Virus record (IMG/VR): IMGVR_UViG_3300033146_000857
Location: 1-64,000 of that record
DNA length: 64,000 nucleotides
Origin: a virus
Reading direction: 5' to 3' (one strand)
Under the pieces are notes generated by a model. The model was not told the origin of the DNA, made no database searches, and saw only the letters and a list, made by a program, of their open reading frames with translations. The position numbers were made by a program, and so were the translations under genes. Numbering within the stretch: the first letter of the stretch is position 1; every line of letters starts with the position of its first letter. Shown here piece by piece: positions 37,233-45,104 of this stretch.

Positions 37233-38627
37233 CTACAATGGGTTAGAGTAGTTTCTTTCTAAACTGGCAACCAAAGATACTGAGTTAGCATTTGATCTAC
37301 CAATAGCTGAAGTAGCTTTTACATACTGAGCTTTATCAAGCCCAATTGCTACAACTGTAATAGCAGCGTCTTGAGCTGCTGTTCTTCCACCTTGAACATT
37401 TCCATCATAGTCAAATGTAAAGGATATACTTCCAGAAGCGATAACTCCAGAGATATCAACACCGGCATTATCTTTAACAATTAGAGCATCAGAGTCACCA
37501 AAGTTATTTCCATTAGCATCTGTAAAGAACATTCTATAGACTGCTCCAGAGTCATCTACCAAGTTCTGATTGAAGTTTATAGTTCCCGCTGCCATGAATG
37601 GGAACGTTCTTTTAGTGTTAGTTGAGTCATAAAACTCGATTCTATTGATATCCGTACTTGAGAAGTCATCTATAAATACTCCTTGAGAAGTAACTAAAGT
37701 ATCACCTACGAACTTAAGTAAACTATCAGCTGTGTTACCTGAGACACTACCAGCACCTGCGTCTATATCAGAAGTCTGTCTTAGTGAATACTGTACATAT
37801 TCATAAATTTCCTCTGCAGTAGGCAAGCTACCATTGTCGGCTACATCAGCATCAATTATAACATCAAAGTCATAGCTTGAAGCTCCAATGGTTCTACTTT
37901 GAGCTGTACTGTAGTAAGTAATGTTCATGTCTGTATAAGGCAAGTTACCGGCTACAGCAACATCATTGTTTGTAATCTTAAGATCAACACTATTTTGAAG
38001 AGGAAAACGATACGCTTGGTAGTTGAACTTTGTAAGACCAATGTCTGAAAGCTGTGACTGAGCGTATTGTTTTTGATACTCACGAACGAATATTTTAAAA
38101 TAGTCACCAGTAGCTGAACTAGTTGCGTTGTCTATACCATGTCCACCACCATCTCCAAAATACTTGACGCACTGATTAACAACACCAGTTAATACTATGT
38201 TAGTAGAACTTCCATCAGCTACTTGTTGAAAGTAAACTTGATCACTACCCCCTAGAGCACCTAGAGTAATAACTCCTGCGTATTCTTCAGCTGATGAACC
38301 ATCACCATTCTTTATAGCATACCCACCATCTCTAAACAAATCTGATGTATTCTTACTAGCTGGTGCCCAGCCGTCAACAAATTCAAATTGCTCTGGTGTA
38401 ATTGCTACCATAGGGAAAGGAAATTTAATCAGATTTGCATCAGATTTCCATTCCTCTTTTAAGTATGAGTATACTGCTTGTAAACTTACACCATCTGTTG
38501 TTAATGCTCCATGTGCTGCTAAAGAAACACTTAAAGCTGTTGTGTCTATCCAGATACTCCCGTCTGTGCCTAACTGTCCTGAGGTAGAACTTCTAACTAG
38601 ACTATCTGGGTCGGTTATTTTTGACAT
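37233..38627 (-). CDS. putative abundant structural (appendage) protein
   Basis: Strong RBS, downstream hairpin; C-terminal ERNYSNP shared with neighbours (DRNYKNE, DYSYSNP). Confidence 0.6.
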   Translation of the reverse strand: MSKITDPDSLVRSSTSGQLGTDGSIWIDTTALSVSLAAHGALTTDGVSLQAVYSYLKEEWKSDANLIKFPFPMVAITPEQFEFVDGWAPASKNTSDLFRDGGYAIKNGDGSSAEEYAGVITLGALGGSDQVYFQQVADGSSTNIVLTGVVNQCVKYFGDGGGHGIDNATSSATGDYFKIFVREYQKQYAQSQLSDIGLTKFNYQAYRFPLQNSVDLKITNNDVAVAGNLPYTDMNITYYSTAQSRTIGASSYDFDVIIDADVADNGSLPTAEEIYEYVQYSLRQTSDIDAGAGSVSGNTADSLLKFVGDTLVTSQGVFIDDFSSTDINRIEFYDSTNTKRTFPFMAAGTINFNQNLVDDSGAVYRMFFTDANGNNFGDSDALIVKDNAGVDISGVIASGSISFTFDYDGNVQGGRTAAQDAAITVVAIGLDKAQYVKATSAIGRSNANSVSLVASLERNYSNPL

Positions 38628-38711
38628 CTTTTTCTCCTTTTTAGTTTCTAATTTATATCCTGAAACCTAACTTAGACTGTCTAGTTAAGCGGCTAGTTTG
38701 TCCTCCTAGTG

Positions 38712-39809
38712 TTAAAATGTGTAACTCAGCTTTATCAACACATGTTTATGGTCTGTTCTGTGTCCAAGAGGGCTTAAACCTGTACTTTCTAAATATTCTA
38801 GATGAACTCTTGATCTCTTATTGTATACGAAGTCTGAATAAATTTTATAAGATATCTTATCTGTCCCAAAAGAATTATAGTCATTCTCCCATAGATCTCC
38901 AAAGATAAAAGATGTATAGTCTTCGTAAGTTTTAAACTGTTCAACACCGATAGACACTTCCTGAAGCCATATCTCTGTGTAATATTTTAGGCCTATTAGA
39001 CTTGAGTAACCTGTGAGGTTATCTTTAAGAGCTGGTAAAGGTACTGTGTTATCTAGTAGTTTTCTATGGCTATACCCTAGTACTGTATAGCCAATAAAAC
39101 CTGAGTTTAAAGAGTCATCAAATGAGTAACCAAGTCCTATAAGTTCTGTTTTAAACAATTCTTTAGGTCCCCCAAAGTTAGGTATAGCTAATTTAACTTT
39201 AGTTAAAGCTTCTATGTAGTTTAGTTCAAAGAAATGCCTTCCATAGGAATATTCAAGCGCCGAGAATAGCCCTCCTGAACCGTCGAATTCATCAGATATC
39301 TTAGTCGTTCTGCCTAGAGTATCTTGGTCTACAAAGGCCTTTCCTATTTTAAACCTCAAATCTTCATAGGATATGACTATGAAGCCTCCTAGGCCTGTGG
39401 TGTCTATTAGCGTAAACAACATATTTCCTTGTATTTCGTCTGACTTTGAGTATTGCTTAAAGTTTCCTCCAGCTAGCTGTATTACTCCATAGACAAGATC
39501 AACACTAAGCTTACCTTTGGTTAAGACCCTTCCTTGTAAGTAAAGTCTGGTTAGCATTAGCTCACTTTTTTCACGACTGCCATGCATGGAATAAAGACCA
39601 GTAGCATAAGAAGAACTAGTAGTCCTAGCTTCGAAACTCCCCTTAAGACTGAGCCTACCAGCTTGTATGTCTGTATGATTTCTTAAACCTGCGGAGTAGA
39701 ACTGCTGCCCATTAAAGGCTCTATAGGCTGAGAATATCTCCGACTCTGAGGTTAATTCTGCGAATAGACTAGTATAGCCTAAGATTAAGCATATAAGTAT
39801 TTTATTCAT
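38712..39809 (-). CDS. outer-membrane beta-barrel protein
   Basis: Signal peptide ending SLFA, amphipathic strands and the C-terminal Bam signal IKLSYTF. Confidence 0.75.
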   Translation of the reverse strand: MNKILICLILGYTSLFAELTSESEIFSAYRAFNGQQFYSAGLRNHTDIQAGRLSLKGSFEARTTSSSYATGLYSMHGSREKSELMLTRLYLQGRVLTKGKLSVDLVYGVIQLAGGNFKQYSKSDEIQGNMLFTLIDTTGLGGFIVISYEDLRFKIGKAFVDQDTLGRTTKISDEFDGSGGLFSALEYSYGRHFFELNYIEALTKVKLAIPNFGGPKELFKTELIGLGYSFDDSLNSGFIGYTVLGYSHRKLLDNTVPLPALKDNLTGYSSLIGLKYYTEIWLQEVSIGVEQFKTYEDYTSFIFGDLWENDYNSFGTDKISYKIYSDFVYNKRSRVHLEYLESTGLSPLGHRTDHKHVLIKLSYTF

Positions 39810-39815
39810 CTCTTT

Positions 39816-40064
39816 TTACCTCATTTTTCTGTTATTAGTATTTTTGGCTAAGTCTTTTAGCTCTTCTAGGTATAATTCTAGTTCTATACTATTAAGTTCT
39901 ATAGAATATGTCTGTCTTTTTGAAGGACTTGATAGTACCCTTGCCCAACCTAAGTAGGTTTTGCTACCTAGATCAAGCCCTTCTAGGGCTAGCCTTTCTT
40001 TAATAGCTGTTACTCCTGAAGCGTTACAGAAAGTTAACAGTATGATTATAAACAGCTTTTTCAA
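39816..40064 (-). CDS. small exported protein
   Basis: TTG start with AGGAG RBS; MKKLFIIILLTFCNA signal peptide. Confidence 0.65.
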   Translation of the reverse strand: MKKLFIIILLTFCNASGVTAIKERLALEGLDLGSKTYLGWARVLSSPSKRQTYSIELNSIELELYLEELKDLAKNTNNRKMR

Positions 40065-40065
40065 C

Positions 40066-41355
40066 TTAACTCCTTTTTACAGGTATTATAATACTGACTA
40101 CAGTACCAGTAATACTAGTCTTGATTATATTTATGTCTCCGCCTATAGAAGTTACTAAATGTTTATTCAAATACATCCCATTACCTCTGGTTATCATAGA
40201 ACCACTTTCTTTTGTACTATAGTTTGGCTCAAATATTTTATCTACTATATCTTCTTTTATACCATTACCATTGTCCTCTAGGTTAAAGGTTAGGTACCTA
40301 CCTCGCAGGCTAACAAAGATTATCTTTATGTCCGTAGCACACGCTTCAAGAGAATTTTTCAAATGGTTAATTAAAATACTTCTTAAACCACTAGCCCTTA
40401 GATCCTTGCTGTCTAGGTCGAACACTTTGAGTCTTTCGTCTACTGAATATTTAAAAAGATTATTAGAAATAGCTACCATGCCAAAAGAGTCCGTTACTGA
40501 GTCATAGACATTTTTTGCTCCACTGTTTAGTCTAATCTGTTTAAACTTACGCATTTTGCCAAGAACTCCGAAGATTTGATCTATGGATAATTTTATAAAC
40601 TCAAAGTCTTTTTCTAAACCTACAAGTTTTTTATTAAGCGCTAGTCTGTCGGCTGATAAGGGTCTAAAACCATTCTCTTTGTCTTCTAAGATTAGGTATC
40701 TATTTATTAGTCTGTGTATTTTTTCTATTTTGTTTTCGACTACTTCTATGGGCGTGTTCATTTCATGATGAGCATGCTCTGTCATTAAAGATATAGACTT
40801 GTTGTTTAATAGAGCCTCAGACCCAGATAGTTGGACTAAAAGTTCCAATCTTTCTTTTTCAAAAGCACTTCTCATTACTCTTAGAAAGATAAAAAATACA
40901 AAGACTGAAACTATAGCATACATATAGAACAGGTTTATAAGATAGTTTGTAAAAGTTAGCCTAAAGAAAATATGCTTATCAGTTTTGTTAAAATCATCTA
41001 TTTGGATTAATATACTATTTTGGTTGTAGTAGAGTCCATCGGTTATTCTTAGAAGGTCTATTTTTCCTAGGTTAATTGGTCTAAGTACACTAGCTACATT
41101 TCTATACCTAGCTATCATCTTTCCACTCTTACGGTCTATGATTAACACTTCTTCACAGTCAACTAGTCTACATAGGTATTCTATGTCAACTATTTCAAAC
41201 TCATAGGAGTAATCCTGTAGTTGTTTTATTGCAAATAGACTATAAGAGTATATAGTATTACCTATGTTAAGAATAAAGGTTAGAAATAGTAATGTTGCTA
41301 CACTGAGCAAGGCTTTAAGGTGCTTTCTAAACAGCCATCTTAGGTAATCTTTCAT
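40066..41355 (-). CDS. membrane sensor histidine kinase
   Basis: Two hydrophobic segments around an extracytoplasmic domain; H box HHEMNTP, N box NHLKNSLEA, EDNGNGI, IFEPNYSTK and RGNGMY. Confidence 0.92.
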   Translation of the reverse strand: MKDYLRWLFRKHLKALLSVATLLFLTFILNIGNTIYSYSLFAIKQLQDYSYEFEIVDIEYLCRLVDCEEVLIIDRKSGKMIARYRNVASVLRPINLGKIDLLRITDGLYYNQNSILIQIDDFNKTDKHIFFRLTFTNYLINLFYMYAIVSVFVFFIFLRVMRSAFEKERLELLVQLSGSEALLNNKSISLMTEHAHHEMNTPIEVVENKIEKIHRLINRYLILEDKENGFRPLSADRLALNKKLVGLEKDFEFIKLSIDQIFGVLGKMRKFKQIRLNSGAKNVYDSVTDSFGMVAISNNLFKYSVDERLKVFDLDSKDLRASGLRSILINHLKNSLEACATDIKIIFVSLRGRYLTFNLEDNGNGIKEDIVDKIFEPNYSTKESGSMITRGNGMYLNKHLVTSIGGDINIIKTSITGTVVSIIIPVKRS

Positions 41356-41359
41356 AAAT

Positions 41360-41938
41360 TTAGTCTTTGAACAGAGTTGCGTGTATGTAGGCTCTTCTAG
41401 GATCCATGGTTATTTCTGTTTTGTAAAGAACCTTGTCCTCTAGATTAAGCTTTGTCACCTGGTTATACTGGTCTATAATATTTTTTATAGGATTAATTGG
41501 ATCACTGATAAGATTTCCAGTATAAAAGAAATACTTAACTAGTGGGTTAATCTCATGTAGTACCTCAAAAACGTCCATGCCTGTAAGTCTGATGTTACCC
41601 TCTGGGGTTAGGATGCTTCCACCAAGTGTTAGATCTATTATAGCATAGTCTATGTTTAAATCAGCATGCTCTTTAACTAGGGTTAAAAATTCATACACTG
41701 CGTGTTCTCCAACGAAAGATAATATATTATACTTTGATTCATCCATGTCATAGTCTTCAAAAATAGTCTCTAGGTCATCTTCTAAAAAAGAGACTATGCC
41801 TGCATTATCGTCTATCAAGAGTATAGTTTTGTTATTAAAGTCAAAATCACTAGGTAACTCTCTAGTATATTCTAAGTCTGATGGCCTTAGGCTTTCATCG
41901 CCTAGTTTAAACACTAGGTCTAAAGGTGATAGTTTCAT
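41360..41938 (-). CDS. single-domain response-regulator receiver
   Basis: LLIDD acidic pair, AIIDLTL phospho-Asp, TGMDV, FYTG and conserved Lys (LYK); no output domain. Confidence 0.85.
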   Translation of the reverse strand: MKLSPLDLVFKLGDESLRPSDLEYTRELPSDFDFNNKTILLIDDNAGIVSFLEDDLETIFEDYDMDESKYNILSFVGEHAVYEFLTLVKEHADLNIDYAIIDLTLGGSILTPEGNIRLTGMDVFEVLHEINPLVKYFFYTGNLISDPINPIKNIIDQYNQVTKLNLEDKVLYKTEITMDPRRAYIHATLFKD

Positions 41939-42447
41939 TTTGGGACTCCTAAAAGAATATTCATGACTGTAAGTAGTGTTGGCCCAGCCAGTACTAACAC
42001 GATGCTCACACAGACTGTTATTACTGTGATAAACAATAGCTTAGAACTAGTGATTAAAGCATACACTTTACCAAAACTTGGTAAAGACTTTTTCTTTGGT
42101 TTTAAGAGCTGTTCAAGCATTTCTTTAGTAAGGCTAAGATCTGAGCTAGTGGTTTTTCTAGCTTCTAGATCTTTGATCAACTTGTCCATTAAAGCTCTTT
42201 TTGTTTCTATGATCTCTTTTAGAGTATCATACACTAAGTCTCTAAAATGGCTATTCTTAGTTTCTAGCTTGTCATTTATAGCCACAATAAACTGAATAAT
42301 TTCTTTCTGTTCAGAATGGTCACTCATAAGGGCCATTAATGCTTTATGAAAGGTAGCTTGATCAGACCTACCAAGTTTACTCATTTGAACGTCTAAAGTT
42401 TTTAGGGCACTAGATAGTCTAACATCTAGTTGTTGAAGTTCTTTCAT
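41935..42447 (-). CDS. coiled-coil protein with C-terminal membrane anchor
   Basis: Helical cytoplasmic part and hydrophobic C-terminus; ATGA overlaps on both sides. Confidence 0.65.
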   Translation of the reverse strand: MKELQQLDVRLSSALKTLDVQMSKLGRSDQATFHKALMALMSDHSEQKEIIQFIVAINDKLETKNSHFRDLVYDTLKEIIETKRALMDKLIKDLEARKTTSSDLSLTKEMLEQLLKPKKKSLPSFGKVYALITSSKLLFITVITVCVSIVLVLAGPTLLTVMNILLGVPK

Positions 42448-43061
42448 ATTTGTACCTTAGCACTTTTTTGATATCTTCTGCTCATTGCTTTGTCTGAAAA
42501 CCAGAATGAAATTACTGTAGAAGCTGCAAATAGTATCAGTTGTAAAGCTGGTTTAATCACGGCTAACATTAAGTTCTCTGTTCCAAAGTCGTCAAGTAGG
42601 TATTCCTCTAGGGCTGTATCTATAATTACCATTACATACCATACTATGCCTATTGTAAGCACAGGTCTTATAAGACCTCTTATAGCGTCCATAGCCAGTA
42701 AGTGTAAGTAGATTAAAGGTCTAAATACTAGCCCTATCTTAGTTTTATCACTTATCATCATCTTAACTACATCGTCTTTAAGGTACTTGCCAGTTAGTCT
42801 CTCTATAAGTCCTGCTCTATTAGTAGCTTCAGCTGTGTCTGCTGCTGCTTCCTCTAGGCTTATGGCTCCTTCAGTTATTACTTTATCAACTTCTATTTGA
42901 GCTTTTATTTCATTTAAGTTAGCTTCACTTTCGGCTTTGAACTTCTTTAGTTCAAACTCGTTCTGTTCTTTCTGTTGTTTATAGCCGAACCAAGTGGCAA
43001 AAATAGAAGTAACTGATCCTAAAAGGCCTCCACTTAGTATGTTAGTAAAAAAGTCCATCAC
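42444..43061 (-). CDS. putative holin (3TM GTA-holin-like)
   Basis: N-terminal hydrophobic helix, coiled coil, IRPVLT-TM and TM-SFWFS.K; follows the putative endolysin. Confidence 0.6.
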   Translation of the reverse strand: MMDFFTNILSGGLLGSVTSIFATWFGYKQQKEQNEFELKKFKAESEANLNEIKAQIEVDKVITEGAISLEEAAADTAEATNRAGLIERLTGKYLKDDVVKMMISDKTKIGLVFRPLIYLHLLAMDAIRGLIRPVLTIGIVWYVMVIIDTALEEYLLDDFGTENLMLAVIKPALQLILFAASTVISFWFSDKAMSRRYQKSAKVQI

Positions 43062-43067
43062 ATCCCC

Positions 43068-43508
43068 TTATATGTTTGATATTATGAGCTTAAATGGCTC
43101 ATTTTTTGTTAGTTTATTCATCTCTCTTATTGCTTGTCTACTTCTAAACACGCATCTTTGCATTTTTCCGTGTTTGTTTTTAGCTCTTCCAATAGCTTTA
43201 CCTAGAGTTATACACCCCTGTAGGTGCGTCTGCCACCCAAGCTTAGCGTCTCCTGCAAAGTTAGCCCCGTGAATAAGTATAAAACTTCTTTTAGACACTT
43301 CTTGTATATGGTATAACTTTTTCTTAAAGTGCGGAGAATATCTTAATTTTACGTGGTACTCTCCAGTAGGAATACAACTTAGGTTAGGCTTATTGTCTCT
43401 ATCTGGTAGTTCTAATGAATTCCAAAACATACCATTGTTAGCCAGTATACCAAAAGTCCCCTCTTGAGTACTTTGTAGTCTATATAAGTATAACGTTTTC
43501 ATACACAC
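43068..43508 (-). CDS. DUF5675-family protein, putative endolysin
   Basis: TFGIL, SLELP, SCIPTGEY, SPHF, ILIHGAN and GCITLG motifs (His/Cys pair as in L,D-transpeptidase-like folds). Confidence 0.8.
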   Translation of the reverse strand: MCMKTLYLYRLQSTQEGTFGILANNGMFWNSLELPDRDNKPNLSCIPTGEYHVKLRYSPHFKKKLYHIQEVSKRSFILIHGANFAGDAKLGWQTHLQGCITLGKAIGRAKNKHGKMQRCVFRSRQAIREMNKLTKNEPFKLIISNI

Positions 43509-43570
43509 CCCAGGTTTAATTATTTGAACTTAAACAGTTATAAGTTTATATATGGCTTTATCCTCAAGGG

Positions 43571-44437
43571 TTATCTGGTAATAGTTAAACTCTTAGTAAA
43601 GACATTCCCATCTTCCTCTACTCTTATGGTAAAGTTGTTAATGCCCCTATTAAGTATTTTAGTATAAAGTATTTCTTTATTTGGGTCTAGAACTCTAAGA
43701 GGTATGTGTATCCATGGGCGAGTACAGGTAGTTCCTGATATATTTGGAACAATCATTCTAGAACCAGGAGTCGGATTATATGTAAAACTAAGAGTATCTT
43801 TATCAGTCTTAAGGTCTATTGTATCTCCTATAGAAGCTTTTAGCTCTATCACGTGGCTTAGAGATATACTTGTTGGAGAATTACCACTAAAATAGTCCAT
43901 ATTAGTTGGTTCTACTAAGTTTGGTAGTTCACTCACATTTAGGACTATTTCAGACCTATTGAATAGCCGTTGTTCCTCTAGAACATTCCAGAGACTAGTG
44001 GTGTTAACATTGTCTGGACGCTGTTTAAACAGTTTCTTCCATAAATAGTCTGAGTCAAAGTAGTACGGATTAAAGAAAAACCTTGACTTAAAGGTCTCTT
44101 CCCAGCTAAGTATTTTTTCTGGACTTAAGTATAAAAACTTATCATCAGACTGTCTTTTTATAAATACTTTATTGGTGGGTCCAAAGATCACCCTGTTTAG
44201 CTCTAGTGTGTAATCTTGCAGTGTTCCAGAGTAAATTAAGTCTAGTACTTCCTGGTCTGAGAGCTGTTTTTTATTTGTTGTAAATAGTATCTTATCAGTA
44301 TAAGATACATTTGGTGAAGCTATTTCTTGTAGGTTGCTATTAACATAGATGGCCACGTTTGTAGAATCACTATTTATGCAGGCTATATTATAAGGATACT
44401 TTATATCTTGGTTATACACATGTGAGTAAGTTAACAT
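43571..44437 (-). CDS. putative tail-tip protein
   Basis: Position in the tail operon. Confidence 0.5.
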   Translation of the reverse strand: MLTYSHVYNQDIKYPYNIACINSDSTNVAIYVNSNLQEIASPNVSYTDKILFTTNKKQLSDQEVLDLIYSGTLQDYTLELNRVIFGPTNKVFIKRQSDDKFLYLSPEKILSWEETFKSRFFFNPYYFDSDYLWKKLFKQRPDNVNTTSLWNVLEEQRLFNRSEIVLNVSELPNLVEPTNMDYFSGNSPTSISLSHVIELKASIGDTIDLKTDKDTLSFTYNPTPGSRMIVPNISGTTCTRPWIHIPLRVLDPNKEILYTKILNRGINNFTIRVEEDGNVFTKSLTITR

Positions 44438-44438
44438 T

Positions 44439-45104
44439 CTAGTCTCCTTTAATTACCACTAAAGCTTCGTAGTTAATCCCAGAGTCTCTTAGGACTACTG
44501 AGGTTATTAGAAGTTTTAACTGTCTGTCTGAAATAGCTATTACTGTGCCTTTTGGTAAATATTCTGCCATTGTAAAGGTTGCCTTGCCCTTAAGGTTAGC
44601 AAATTTAAAATGTTGTAAGAAAAACTCTTTTACCTCAGCTATGTTGGCGGTTATCTTTGTGTCTATGGCCGTGTTAGCTGTATGACCAAAGGGCTTATAT
44701 ATAGACCTTTCTCCTTGGTAAGCAAAGTCTTGATAAGCAAGCAACATATCATCTGTAAATTTTAGTGGTTTGAATAAAAAAGTCTTCTTAAGATCAACTG
44801 TTGTTAGTCTTGTAAACTTATCAAAAGAATACTCAAAGTCTATACTTAGTTTACTTAGATTTTTAAGTTCATTAAACTCACCAAAGACTGGTTCTAATGC
44901 GTGTACTCCAAGGAAATATAGGAAAAACTGTTGTAATTTTTGAAACTTAAGATTCATTCCCCAAGGCTCTCCATTGTCATTGACTACTTCTAAGGCTGTA
45001 CATGACATAGAGTAACTTACCTCGTTTAAAATGTCTAATGAGTCAATAGACTCGAGTCTAGAAGTGAACTTAGCTCTCGTGTCTAGTAGTACTGAAATAT
45101 TCAT
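44439..45104 (-). CDS. putative tail-tip/hub protein
   Basis: Position; ATGA coupling to the hub gene. Confidence 0.5.
   Translation of the reverse strand: MNISVLLDTRAKFTSRLESIDSLDILNEVSYSMSCTALEVVNDNGEPWGMNLKFQKLQQFFLYFLGVHALEPVFGEFNELKNLSKLSIDFEYSFDKFTRLTTVDLKKTFLFKPLKFTDDMLLAYQDFAYQGERSIYKPFGHTANTAIDTKITANIAEVKEFFLQHFKFANLKGKATFTMAEYLPKGTVIAISDRQLKLLITSVVLRDSGINYEALVVIKGD

Noticed and set aside
38712-41938. Host contamination or prophage boundary at the kinase/barrel block
   Set aside because: The genes are tightly coupled to phage lysis genes, share the surrounding sequence style and are flanked by virion genes on both sides; no att site or integrase was seen.
43056-43061. Holin dual-start motif (GTG ATG)
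   Set aside because: The starts are adjacent with no intervening Lys/Arg, unlike the lambda S Met-Lys-Met motif.
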